From Amphiscolops sp. MND2022 (taxonomy: Eukaryota): DNA of 64,000 nucleotides. The translations under genes and the position numbers were made by a program. This document shows positions 24,939 to 36,877 of the stretch, in pieces. The stretch's first letter is position 1; each line of letters starts with the position of its first letter. Where the stretch lies: contig OZ076414.1 of NCBI GenBank assembly GCA_964187785.1, forward strand, positions 7,936,001-8,000,000, given 5' to 3'. The notes beneath the pieces are model-generated. The model saw nothing but the letters and a program-made list of their open reading frames with translations. It had not been told where the DNA came from and did no database searches.

Positions 24939-27900
24939 TGAAAGCGCCTTCGTAGACTACATAAGCGCTCCTGCGAGACATTGGCGCTCTCGCCTCTCAA
25001 AACACGGGTTACAACACCGCTCCTCCGCACAACTTTCAAAGGTAAGTGAGACCATATAGATGTTGTACCGTTTCGGAAAACCATTCCAAAACCGAGTTGA
25101 ATGCAAGCTGCCTTATGACGTAATTCCGAGAAACTTTCGTCTCGGAAAACTACCACAGCGAGCGTGGCTGTCGCTTCCACCGGAAGCTTTCTGCACTCGT
25201 TCGGCAGCTGTTACGTAACATTTCATCTAGTAATTGGTAAAATAAATAACAGTTATGTAAACTAGACACATTTGGTATTCCTAATCTGTTGAATAGTTGC
25301 TTGTTTTCTCAACCTAAATTTTAAAAAATTACATTCGAAATCAAGAATTTCAGAAAATTTGATAATTTACAACAATAGCGTCTCTGTTCAATTTCAATTA
25401 AAATGAAGACGAGAAGTCAAAAAGTTAATGAAGAAGACACAAACATTAAACTTGCTACTCCGACGACTTCCAAGGCTCCCGCAGATGCCATTGATAACAG
25501 CGCTGAGCCCATTTTCAGCCAAAATCTGATTTTAACGCCCCGTACGTCAGGCATTGTCGATGAACTGCTTCAAGATCCGTCTTTAGAAATGGCGTTTAGT
25601 TCAGCACTCACAGCCTCTCGGCTTGTCGCAGGGCAATGCGAAACTGAGTCCCCGCCTCCAAAAGAAGTTGACCCAGGATTGCTTCGTAAACGAAGGATTT
25701 GTAGCCCAAAATCATACGGAAAAGGCCCAAAAGCCGACCTGGCAAAATGTGTAATCTGCCGAAAAGAAGTCAAAAAGATGTATCAACATCTGAACAAGGT
25801 CCATCATTGCGAAGACCGCGTCAAAAGGTTCATTCTGAGCTACCCCCACACCCGAATTGCTGCTGGGCGAGTTTGGGAATGCGTCGATTGCATGCTAAGA
25901 ACTGCCAACAAAACACGACATTTGCAACAAAATCCTGGCCACAACATTGTAAAAGTCAATGACAAAGCCGGATATGATACGTTTCCACCAGAGGTGAGTG
26001 CATTCATCAAAGGAGAGGGTCGGGTCTTTTCAAAAGTCTTTGGAATTATGAAAGATTTCGCCCAGTTCAAAATCGACCTGCGAGATGCACCTGTGCCTGG
26101 GTACGTTGAAGCCTTTTTAACGCACGTCTATTCGAATTGTGGCAACATGCGAAACTGTTCTGACTTGCCCAGGATTTTGACAATGTATCAGGCCCAAAAA
26201 CAGTACTCTTTGGTGTCCATGAAGAAGTTATTATTTGATTTGAAAAACTTTTTGTTTTTCCTCAAAAGCACTGGTGACAAGTCGCAAAAAATTCCTTTCA
26301 ACAGCTGGGAGACTGAGATTGAAACTTACTTGCGTTCCATTCGTAAACCAGCAACACAGGAAGCGTTTGAGAAGCGGGAAGAGCGCTACTATCAAATCCC
26401 TCCCGTTGAGGTGCTTTCAAAGGCAGTAAAAGGTGTTCGCGAGTTATTGCAAGAGGCGCTTTGTCAATTTGTAAGCGACGAAAACAAGGAGAAGGCCCCC
26501 GTACTTTGACAATGAGTGAAATAATTTCATCAATTTTCTTCCTCATTCATGCGCGCACTAATTGTAGAGCTGGTGGTTTGCTGAACATGACAAAGGAGGA
26601 GTTGGATAGCGTCAATACAGACATCCGCCGCACCCACAAACATAAAACAGGCCATATTATGACCAATTTCCGCAAACTGTCGGAGGAAAATTTGGAGTGG
26701 TTGACAACTTTCCACGAAATTTATGAGCAAATGCATGGTAGGGTTGCTATTCTGGCGTTTCCCAACGCTGACGATGGTATATTGACAGCTCAGGCGACTA
26801 CAATCAACACAATTATAGGACGGAATTTTGACTTGAAGCCATATACTTTCGGTCCAAATTCAATTAGAAAGCACTGGGACACAATGCTGGAGAAGGACAA
26901 GTTCGTTACAGAGGACTTACGCGCCGCATATGAGGCTAACAGTGGCCATTCAGAAGCTACAAGGAAGAAATTTTACTCAAAGCCCCCCACCGATGATGAA
27001 ATAAAGCGAATTTTGTCTCTGCAAGAAAAATTTTTGGAAGATCCTGCATATTTAAAGCAGTTGAAAGAGCCACAAGATGTCCAGGGTTGTTCTCATTGGC
27101 CATCAAATGAGCTCTCACCGTCTGAAGACGAGCCTGTAGTTCCTGGGGAAGCTATAGAAGCTCCAGATGCCGCTATTAGTGAATCTCAAACTGAAGGTAA
27201 ATTTGAAATTAAAGGTAATTTGAAACTGAAGGTAAAATTTGTTTTTTAATTTCAACATATCGTTTGCCTGTAGCTAAATGGTTCTATTTGTTATAGTCGA
27301 CAGCGAGAATCCACAGCCTTCCCAGGAAACAGACGAATACCGCCCTTCCAATAAAAAACTGGTTGAAAATCTGCCGCAAAGTTCGCGTTCACTGCGCCGA
27401 CATAAAGAAGAAATGTGGAAGAAGCTCGAAAAAAGCATGCTGAATTTTTTGAAGCCGCATAAAACGCTACAAAAACCCATTGAAAGAATCTGCCGCGTGA
27501 TTGTTGAACAACGAACAATGGTTGGAAAGCATACAGTGCGAGAAATGGCGAAGAAAGAAAACTTGAATAATCGAGATACTGAGACTGTGGTGGATAAAGT
27601 GTACCAAAAGTTCCGCTCTGCCCTTCAATTGGCAACTAAATAGTTTCATTTAGTTTTGATTTTGTACTAGCTTGCTAGTTCGTGGACGTTTAAGTAATAC
27701 AATGTCGTCCCTGTACGTTTTTCAGTCACTGAAGTCTAAATTTTGACAGTAGTAGAAGCCAACAAAGACCCTCTAATAATAGTGCAATTTACATAAACAC
27801 TCCTATTAATAATATTGCAAAGCAAAGACGCTCTTGTTGTTTCAATTCGTTGTCCATTCATATGTACTTTTATTAAGTCTTTGTGAACTCGTATCCATTC

Positions 27901-28274
27901 ACAAAAGTTCACGAGAGTTCAACTTGAGCTCGTCTAAACGCTCTGCCAATAGTAAATGGCACAGCATTGATTTCTTCACGTGGTACCAGTGCTCTCTGGT
28001 AATAATAATTTTTGTACATACAGCCTCTTATTGTCTCAAGTTGAGGTAATTAAACGCCACTGCGTGTGACGTCATACCAATCTGAAATAGAAACAATTGA
28101 GGTTAAGCAAAGTTGTTGCTACGCTTCATAGCAATGCATCGCGACTTGAATGAAGACAATATAATGACTTTCTAGGCTTCTTGGATATCGATTTCTACAT
28201 GCAGCCTCCACATTGTTTCATTCCTAGACAAAGGCAGTTTCATTGTTTTCAAGAATCTTACAAAGGGCCTCCCG
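24939..28274 (+). mobile_element. Crypton-like tyrosine-recombinase DNA element; proposed limits set by the flanking (ATT)n tracts
   Basis: Contains the YR gene at 25403-27643. No TIR, LTR, RT or TSD seen. TTATCATTATTATTA-type microsatellite on both sides (to 24938 and from 28275). The boundaries are inferred. Confidence 0.65.
25403..27643 (+). CDS. C2H2 zinc-finger + tyrosine recombinase (Crypton-like); one frameshift at the C5 run 26496-26500 and a predicted intron 27197-27296; ~713 aa if repaired
   Basis: N-terminal CVICRKEVKKMYQHLNKVH and CVDCMLRTANKTRHLQQNPGH. YR catalytic pattern in the second frame: NC-R-AG, KH-K-TG, PNSI-R-K, SG-H-SEATRKKF-Y. GTAAAT donor at 27197 and TTATAG acceptor at 27296 join the last two ORFs in frame (G|TC = Val). 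Confidence 0.85.
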
Positions 28275-28300
28275 TTATCATTATTATTATTATTATCATT
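28275..28300. repeat. (ATT)n microsatellite
   Basis: TTATCATTATTATTATTATTATCATT. Confidence 0.85.
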
Positions 28301-28534
28301 AAACTTTTTTAAAAATAAGTTAGCTCCGTTATTGTACATAGTATAATATAATAATTGTTTGTAGATCTGCTTACTGTTCCTTCTTCCGTTCTATTCCCAC
28401 TTCCCTTCTCCGTAGACTGCGCTTGGTTCATTGCAGAATTCACAGCTTAGCTGGGGCTGTTACAACTGCGATCACTTTGTTTTCACGCTTGAGTTTCTCA
28501 TGTCATTATCTTATGTGATCACCGTTAGTCAATT

Positions 28535-28770
28535 GAACTGAATACGTTAGTGAACAAACAATATTATTCCCACGGTAGGTTCAACAGGTTGATTGAGTCT
28601 GTAGGTCAAAATTTAACAAATGCAACTCGTAGCGCGTGATTAACAGAGGTGAGTATTATCAGGTGTGTGTAAACATTAATGATCCTGTTGTCTACGTGAC
28701 CCTCGTATAAATACTTGGGAGAGCATGACAAGCACTTTCCCTGGTGTCAAACTTCTAAAAAAGTAATAAT
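28535..28770 (-). repeat. Isolated internal fragment of the family-X Gypsy LTR
   Basis: AACTGAATACGTTAGTGAACAAACAATATTATTCCCACGG.. also at ~29433 and ~43697, same orientation. Confidence 0.8.
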
Positions 28771-28860
28771 GAAACCTGCAAAACTTCGTGTCTCGGAATT
28801 GCCGCCAAATTTAGGATGCAATGAACATTTACAATGAGGGGGGAGAAAAGAATGGGGTGA

Positions 28861-30986
28861 TGTCGTGATATTCATCACTTGAATGGGAAACATCAGAGTT
28901 TCCCCTAAAGTAGTCATGTCGACTACTGTTGACCAAAATGGGCTTTGAGTTAGTTTTCCAAGCATTCCTAGTTCTTTTCTTTTCCGCGGTCCTTCTTAGT
29001 CTACTACACCTGTAGTCCACTTCTTCCCGAAACACAGGATTATGACTAGTAATGATATTTTCATTATTCGGAAGGACTTTCTCACTGATTATTGAGTTTA
29101 CAGTATCCGCTATTTGAGTGTTCAAGTCTCTTTTCAATTCATCTAACTTCTAGGAAACTTCAAAATTCACCAATCACATAGTTTCAATGGTAGATTCACA
29201 GTTTTCTCTGCTGTTTGAATTTAAAAGCTTCGTCATTTATGTTTCCTGATTTGCTATCTAACTCATTTCTTGAATAGGAACCCAACATTACGTCTACATT
29301 TTCTTTATCAGACATTTGGTTCCCTGTCTAGAGAGCGTCTTTCCTTTGCTTTCTGTTTTCTAGTTAAAGGCATTAGGAGAATTGCGCTTTCGGGTAACCG
29401 TTAAAAGCTGCATGTATTTTATAACAAATGAAACTGAATACGTTAGTGAACAAACAATATTATTCCCACGGTAAGTCCAACTGGTTGATTGAGACTGTAG
29501 GTCAAAATTTAACAAATGCAATTCGTAGCGCGTGATTATCAGAGGTGAGTACTATCAGGTGTGTGGAAGCAATAATGATCCTAAGGTCTACGTGACCCTC
29601 GTATAAATAATCGGGAGAGCATGACAAGCGGTTTCCTTGCTTTCAAGCTTCTAAAAATAGTATCAAACCTAAGCGAATCTAAGGGAAATGTCCTTCTGGG
29701 CCATACATCATCATTACATCATTTGGCTATGAATAGGAACAATTTGGGTCGCAAAAGGGTCAGGCTAGTGAGGGGGGAGACGTAAAGGCAGCAGGCTTTT
29801 CAAGTCTGAGGCATCATAACTCATATTTGGAATTTATATTCATTTACGTGAGTATTGGCTAATGTAAATATTACATGTACTTCATGCTTGTCGCTAGTGG
29901 TCCAAATAGCTAATGGCGGAGAAGAAAAAAAGCACACTAACAGCATGCGAGAATGAATGCTAAGCGCTGATTGGATAATACGTTGAGGACTACGCGTCCG
30001 AAATGACTAAGCGAGACGTCAATTCGAATGCGTTTCCTTTCAAATCGACAGTCGCTTACCATTATATTCACTGCTATTTCAGCTAACTTTGATTATTCGA
30101 CATTCTGGGTTACATGATAATAAATTATAACTGATATATGAAATAGATTTGAGCTGGTTTTTACATAAAATCCATTAGGTAAAATATTGGAAAATAATTT
30201 ATAGGGTTGGTCAAACTAAAGCAAACGGACCAAGGGTCCTTATGTTTATACAATGCATAGAAAATCAGTTTATAAATGCTAGGAGCTCATGAGAGATGTT
30301 TGGATGCGGACCGACAGTCCATGGGGCTTACAGTGGCAAAACTTCTGGGGGCAATGTGTAGTTTGATTGTTCGTCAGGTGGTACTTGATAAACTTTTCCA
30401 TCACTGGCGGTCGCCTGTGACACTCCCCGCGGGACGATAACAATTAACCCCGCCCGCATTCTTGATTGAAATGCGTCTCTCCTGCGTTGTCTGGTCTCGT
30501 ATGATTCTCCTCGTATAATAGAGATGGCGAAAATTGTTGAAATATAGTGATTGGAATATTGATGGTTCTAACGAAATGTGGAGATAATAAGAAGCAGTAC
30601 TATTCAAGTGTTCGTCACTGGCAGGTTCCGAAACACTGAAAATCATGATGAAAATATAGTTAAAAGAAATAATAACTCCGGTAAAAACTGAAATAACTTG
30701 CATGTAGCCACGACGTCCTTTAATGTAATGTAGAATAAAGAACACAATAATTGTATAATTGACCGTCTCAAGAGTCGAGTATGATGGTAACAAGTAAGTA
30801 TGTAAGTAACAAGTAAGTAGGTGAACGGGACTTGTAGTTGAATTGACGTAGAACATCGTAAACCAGTTTGATAACAATCACAGTCAACAGCACAGCATTT
30901 GAATTGATTAGCTTCTTTGTCACATTCCTCATTCGCATCACCTGTTATATTTCTCCTGGGGCAGATTAGCGGTCTGGATCGCAACA
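28861..30986 (-). mobile_element. Solo LTR (~2.1 kb) of Gypsy family X
   Basis: Ends TGTCGTGA (28861) and TCGCAACA (30986), i.e. TG..CA with an imperfect terminal IR. Colinear with 43073-45676. Homology stops exactly where the PBS begins in the full element. The flanks GGTGA/GATCA do not give a clean TSD. Confidence 0.8.
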
Positions 30987-32714
30987 GATCAACACTTTGC
31001 AACTTTTGTCACATTAGCAGCATCGCCCGCAGATTTGTATCCTCAGGACTGTGAGCCTGTCCGACTTTCCTCGACCTAAGTTCAAATTTGTCCTGTAGCC
31101 AATTCTAGATCTCCGAATCCCAATCAGCAGCAATGTACGAGAGTTGCAGACGCCAGCATCCGAATCCAGCATTTGAAACTCGACATACAAATTCTGCCTG
31201 CCAATTTGGACAAACATCAGGTTGGTTCTTTAAATTTTTTTGTCATATTTGAGGTTGATCAGGGCTTCCCATTGACTAAATTTTCACTTCCTCTACCGTG
31301 AAATATTCAACCATAGGTATGAACAGATAAAAAACCTTGGTTTCAAAAAGCTTTCAAATGCGATCCGAAATGACTAAGCGAGACGTCAATTCGAATGCGT
31401 TTCCTTTCAAATCGACAGTCGCTTACCATTATATTCACTGCTATTTCAGCTAACTTTGATTATTCGACATTCTGGGTTACATGATAATAAATTATAACTG
31501 ATATATGAAATAGATTTGAGCTGGTTTTTACATAAAATCCATTAGGTAAAATATTGGAAAATAATTTATAGGGTTGGTCAAACTAAAGCAAACGAACCAA
31601 GGGTCCTTATGTTTATACAATGCATAGAAAATCAGTTTATAAATGCTAGGAGCTCATGAGAGATGTTTGGATGCGGACCGACAGTCCATGGGGCTTACAG
31701 TGGCAAAACTTCTGGGGGCAATGTGTAGTTTGATTGTTCGTCAGGTGGTACTTGATAAACTTTTCCATCACTGGCGGTCGCCTGTGACACTCCCCGCGGG
31801 ACGATAACAATTAACCCCGCCCGCATTCTTGATTGAAATGCGTCTCTCCTGCGTTGTCTGGTCTCGTATGATTCTCCTCGTATAATAGGGATGGCGAAAA
31901 TTGTTGAAATATAGTGATTGGAATATTGATGGTTCTAACGAAATGTGGAGATAATAAGAAGCAGTACTATTCAAGTGTTCGTCACTGGCAGGTTCCGAAA
32001 CACTGAAAATCATGATGAAAATATAGTTAAAAGAAATAATAACTCCGGTAAAAACTGAAATAACTTGCATGTAGCCACGACGTCCTTTAATGTAATGTAG
32101 AATAAAGAACACAATAATTGTATAATTGACCGTCTCAAGAGTCGAGTATGATGGTAACAAGTAAGTATAGGTGAACGAGACTTGTAGTTGAATTGACGTA
32201 GAACATCGTAAACCAGTTTGATAACAATCACAGTCAACAGCACAGCATTTGAATTGATTAGCTTCTTTGTCACATTCCTCATTCGCATCACCTGTTATAT
32301 TTCTCCTGGGGCAGATTAGCGGTCTGGATCGCAAAAGATCAACACTTTGCAACTTTTGTCACATTAGAAGCATCGCCCGCAGATTTGTATCCTCAGGACT
32401 GTGAGCCTGTCCGACTTTCCTCGACCTAAGTTCAAATTTGTCCTGTAGCCAATTCTAGATCTCCGAATCCCAATCAGCAGCAATGTACGAGAGTTGCAGA
32501 CGCCAGCATCCGAATCCAGCATTTGAAACTCGACATACAAATTCTGCCTGCCAATTTGGACAAACATCAGGTTGGTTCTTTAAATTTTTTTGTCATATTT
32601 GAGGTTGATCAGGGCTTCCCATTGACTAAATTTTCACTTCTTTTACCGTGAAATATTCAACCATAGGTATGAACAGATAAAAAACCTTGGTTTCAAAAGG
32701 CTTTCAAATGCGAT
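29997..32714. repeat. Tandem duplication of ~1.37 kb (units 29997-31363 and 31364-32714), spanning the LTR end plus flank
   Basis: TCCGAAATGACTAAGCGAG at 29997 and 31364. Unit 2 is ~16 nt shorter in the GTAAGTAACAA repeat. Confidence 0.95.
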
Positions 32715-32776
32715 AAAAAGGGTTTTCATAGCGGAAGTGGTTGGTATGATTAATTTCTTCCCGTTTAGGCAAAGAA

Positions 32777-35700
32777 ATGAGCGGCCAACCAAATCAAGAA
32801 ACACTAGAGGATTTAGAGAACAGGCCTCAGCAAAGTGAGCAAGCCCCTGAAACTGAAGTCACCGAACGCCCAGTAAACACAAGGTCCATAACTGTGTTGT
32901 CTTCAACTAGGGACGCAGAGAGTTGTGGGGCATACTTTACGCGGAAGATGGAGTTGTTGGTGGAAGAAGACCCAGTTCCAGCCAAACACGAGGAACAATT
33001 TTCAGAGCGAGATCAGCATCAGTGACACTGTGTCTGTCACTCCAGGTGTCAATTTTTTTGAGCTGACAGAACTCCCAATAGAGAATCCACCGGAAGTCAC
33101 CTTTCTAGAAAAGACAGCACCAGTCCGCGGGTCCACTGAGTCCGGACCAGAGCAAAGGCGGGGAGATACAACTAGTAACCCTTACGACAATTCGGAAACC
33201 AGATCAATTGAGAGAAGAGAAATAGAAGGAGAGCAGGGAACCACAGAAAAGTCAAACATCGGCGCTGAGCGAATGGACTACCGATCCAACACAGAAGATG
33301 CCTCAAATGCTGAGATGCATTTAGAGACTGCCACTCAGACCCGTTCAACACTCCCCCAGGCTCTTTATTGTCTCGCACGTGTGTCGGATTTTTTGTGCCC
33401 GAGAGACTCCAGCAATGAGTCAAATGAGTCGCGCACCCCGGTTGACGGCAGGCCAACTCCCCTCGCAAGTACTAGCCGCGCAATCATAAAGCAGTGCTTC
33501 ACTGAACCTAACCCCATCGTCTTACCACCTGGACATCCGACCGTAGTGTTCAATCGAAAACAAATCAGCAGCATCCTCCCAATCGTGGCAGATGAGAGTG
33601 CGCAAGCGTCAGTTGAGATGCTCAACAGTGTAGTCCAGCGGGCTAGCCAGTTAAGCCTGCACAATTGGTCCAAAACTCCCCCTAAGGGGAGGGCACAAAG
33701 GAGTCTCGCAGCTGACACTGACACAGATGATGGCATTAATTCCTTTATGACTTCTGACGTCCAGGGAAAAAGCAGCAGCCAGGGATTCACCAGCGACCCT
33801 GATTCTCCTCACGACTTTCAATCTTCAGTTAATTTTACTTCTCCACCCAACGAAGTTGCCACCGGGAGCCGAGACCATTGGTCCACACCACTCTAGCCTG
33901 AGTGTTTCAGTCCAGGAGCACAGACCTTGGCCACCATTCGACAGGAAGCCCTCAAGGAGAACGGAAAAACAGCCAAGAAGCCTAGTGGAGCCCACAACAC
34001 TCCTAGACGCTCCAAGCCCCGTAAGCGAGTTGGAAGAGTGATGAGAGAGGAGCACTTTGAACAATGTCATGGAGGCGTCCTTCGTCTCTGGGCCCATGGA
34101 TCCCAAGTGGAACAAGCAGAAGATATACTGCCAAATCTGCAAGTGCAACGCCTCCATTCGTGCTAAAGGACTCAATGAGATCCTGTGACACTACGCCACC
34201 GAGAGGCATCTCCGCAAAGATCAAAAATGGATATACGAATGACTGACCACTGAGGCCCATGACAAAGAGACCTCGTTACCAAGTGAGGGGAAGAGACAGC
34301 AAGGTTCTGTCCAAGTATCAGCTGCAACTCGAACTGCCTCACTTCATTAACGCAGAGTTAGCGGAAGAAACTCCCTTTTTACGGAGAGGTTATGGCAGGA
34401 GCGGACAAAACTGCTGCATCACCACAGAATTGAGACCTCTTGCAGATATCCATCTTGAGACACTACCTCCCCCTGTCAGGAGACGTTATGGTCTTACGTG
34501 CTCTCTGGCAACACATGGGAACTGTCGTAAACCACCAGGCGCTGTTCTGTGACATTGACTGGAGTACCACCGGGCTCCCGGTAAGTAGTCTCATCTAGTC
34601 GCTTTGACATAAGGTCGAAAATGTGGCATATACAGCTGATGAACCATGTTAAGGTCTTCCATTGGAACATAGACTACAGGTCAACTGGTAGTACACAAGC
34701 TGGTTGTACCATTCTGAAAAAAAGTTCAATTTGGTCAATGGTATATGCAAAACTGATTTTCAGGTGTAGTTTCATCATTTGTTCCATCAGATGAATCCGA
34801 GTCTGGGGAACGACATTCTCACTGAATGCCAATTTTCAATTGAGTTCGAATCCCAAGGCGTGTTTCCTCATTTACACGTTCGCTTTTGGAAGCAAAACAA
34901 ACTGTGCAGGGTCTACTTGCTCCGGAATGGCCGTACCAGTGGACAGACGCCGGCCGAACTTCGACTGCTGTCGACCCTCCTTGCGGCTATTTCACCGGAA
35001 GCAGACTTGGTGTGTTGCTCTGTTGCTTCCTTCCACCTAGTGCAATTGTTAGACAACTCTCCTCTGTCTAGACATGGGATCCAACAACCTACCGGTCGAA
35101 TAGTCTTCTTTTCTGTCCTCCAGTATCTTGTCATCTCTCTGGGGGCAGCGTACAAATGAACAAATGAAGTGGACATTGTTTACCCTGGAACTAGTCAAAG
35201 TTAGTATTTTTCTTCTTTCAGTCTAGCTATCTTTAGTTCTGGTACTCAACTTCGTTTTCCATGTTCAGGCAAAAAAGTCGAGCAAGCTAGACGTTTAATC
35301 TGTGCCAGCCCTCTGTCAGCTAATCGCTCAATGGAAGTCGGTCACTTCTTTTCTGTCTGCTCACGCTGTCCGGCAGCAAATACAAGGAGTGAGAAATCAG
35401 GTAGGGCATCCTTCGTCCGGCATTCTCAGGGTCTCTTTCCGAATTTGCGAACTGGTTCTTTCATTTCAGCCACAAAGTCTCGAATGGTCAATCATCCACG
35501 ACGACTTCTTCACTTGCCATTTGGAACTCTTCCACAAGCTAGTCCGTGACTGTTAGTATTTTGACATATCATAAGCTAACAGTTGTCGTTTTGTTTCTAT
35601 AGGCTCAGTCAAAGCTGTCCATAATGGTGTATTCTCGATCTTTTAACACATTGTTCAATTTGTCTTTACTGGTATGGGCATCCTCAGTTGTACTAGGAAC

Positions 35701-36877
35701 TACTGTGTATTTACCTGTAATAAGAAGTCTGCATGGAGCTTCTTCTTTCGTTTAGATACTACCAATGTCTCTCTCAGCCTCAGCGGACGACGAGACAGAG
35801 GCTTCCATGCGTATATGCAGTTGCGTCTATATCTCCATCTCCGTAAGCTGGCAAAGAGAGGAGTCATGCATAAATCTCTGCCTTCCGAGGGCGACATCGA
35901 CGGGATTCTCGACCTTGACATCTCCCTTGCTCGTGCCCTCAGTGTCACTGTCTTCTTCCTCAACCGGTTGAATATCGGACATAAGTTGGACTACGCGTGC
36001 AAACTGAAAGCAGAGGTTGAGAAACACGAGTAGAAAGCAGAGAAGTTAACAATTGGAGAACTGAAAAACGAGGCCAAAGAGGAGTATGGCACACTGGCAA
36101 GAAGCTACGTCACGCACCTCTTCAAGGAGACCAGAAGTCGTTTTGATTTCACTACTCTAATAGCGCAAGGCCTGGGAAGTTTCCCTATAGAGATACTCCT
36201 GAAATTACCTCTTATTCTTGCCACCAGATGTTGCAGCAAGCTGTTCACGACCTTTAGAGTGCGCGGTTATTTCTCTCCGGATCAGGAATCACAGGCAGAG
36301 GAAGAATATTTGTCGTTCCTTGATAACTCCGGATCAAGTATTCTGAATTTGACCAGCCAATCTACTAATTCCTGACGCTGTTGACTTCATCATGGGAGAG
36401 GCAACGATACATGCTCGTCCATTGTTTTTTTGTCTGGATGAACCATTCCACCCTTTACCAGCTGGTAAATTTGGTCGTGTCAACACCGAGGACGTCACTA
36501 GCAAGCTAGTCGATGTCGTACTGCCGGTCCAGTCATTCTTAACTGCCGGTACAGTCACTAGTAACGTGGTAAGCTGCACTGATACTGCCACTAGCGATGC
36601 CTCCATTGCAAACTTCATCGAGCTTGAGTCTACATTCGGTGCCACACCTATGACCCTTGGTTGGGTTTGGATTACTTCCGGCGAAGGGAGATCCTGTCCA
36701 ATCTTGATCGAGGAAGCAAGATCCAGAACAAGCCCAGGAAGGAAAAATCTGCCAGCGAGACCAATGTCCAGCAATCCCCCAGTACTCTTCGTTATTCCAA
36801 GAAGCATGCACGACCTACTCAACTACTGTCGGAGGATGAGATTAGCCAGAGTCCAAGAGTCTTCGCCAATGCGGTAG
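32777..36877 (+). pseudogene. Decayed spliced gene with a BED-like zinc finger, probably hAT-transposase-related
   Basis: Low-complexity N-terminal ORFs (32777-33896). Off-track frame at 34129-34209 gives C-x2-C-x16-H-x5-H (CQICKCNASIRAKGLNEIL*HYATERH). FSIEFESQG..HVRFW (~34815-34890) resembles the hAT FSI..DES.D..VRFW segment. Candidate short introns (GTAAGT 34581; GTTAGT ~35200 and ~35551). Multiple stops. Confidence 0.5.

Larger units (their letters stand above)
21020..25256. repeat. 4.2-kb tandem duplication, unit 2
   Basis: Matches unit 1 up to ..AATAACAGTTAT at 25256, then continues into unique sequence. Confidence 0.95.

Noticed and set aside
26490-26509. Programmed -1 ribosomal frameshift in the YR gene
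   Set aside because: No X XXY YYZ slippery heptamer or obvious downstream structure; mutation or sequencing error is more likely.
26471-26570. GTAAGC..TTGTAG intron as the explanation for the YR frameshift
   Set aside because: Splicing to that acceptor would remove the NC-R motif region; a single-base loss in the C5 run explains the shift without losing motifs.
24328-28330. 11-bp direct repeat TTAGCTCCGTT (24328-24338 and 28320-28330) as Crypton termini
   Set aside because: An 11-mer match found by scanning wide windows is weak evidence, and the microsatellite-bounded model is simpler. Kept only as an alternative boundary.
30401-30877. 158-aa and 194-aa (31768-32352) hydrophobic ORFs as env-like or membrane proteins
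   Set aside because: They lie in LTR sequence, their frames differ among the three LTR copies, and hydrophobicity follows from T-richness.
31014-31217. 67-aa ORF (duplicate 32364-32567) as a host exon
   Set aside because: No domain, no convincing splice pair, and the plus-strand frames all contain stops.
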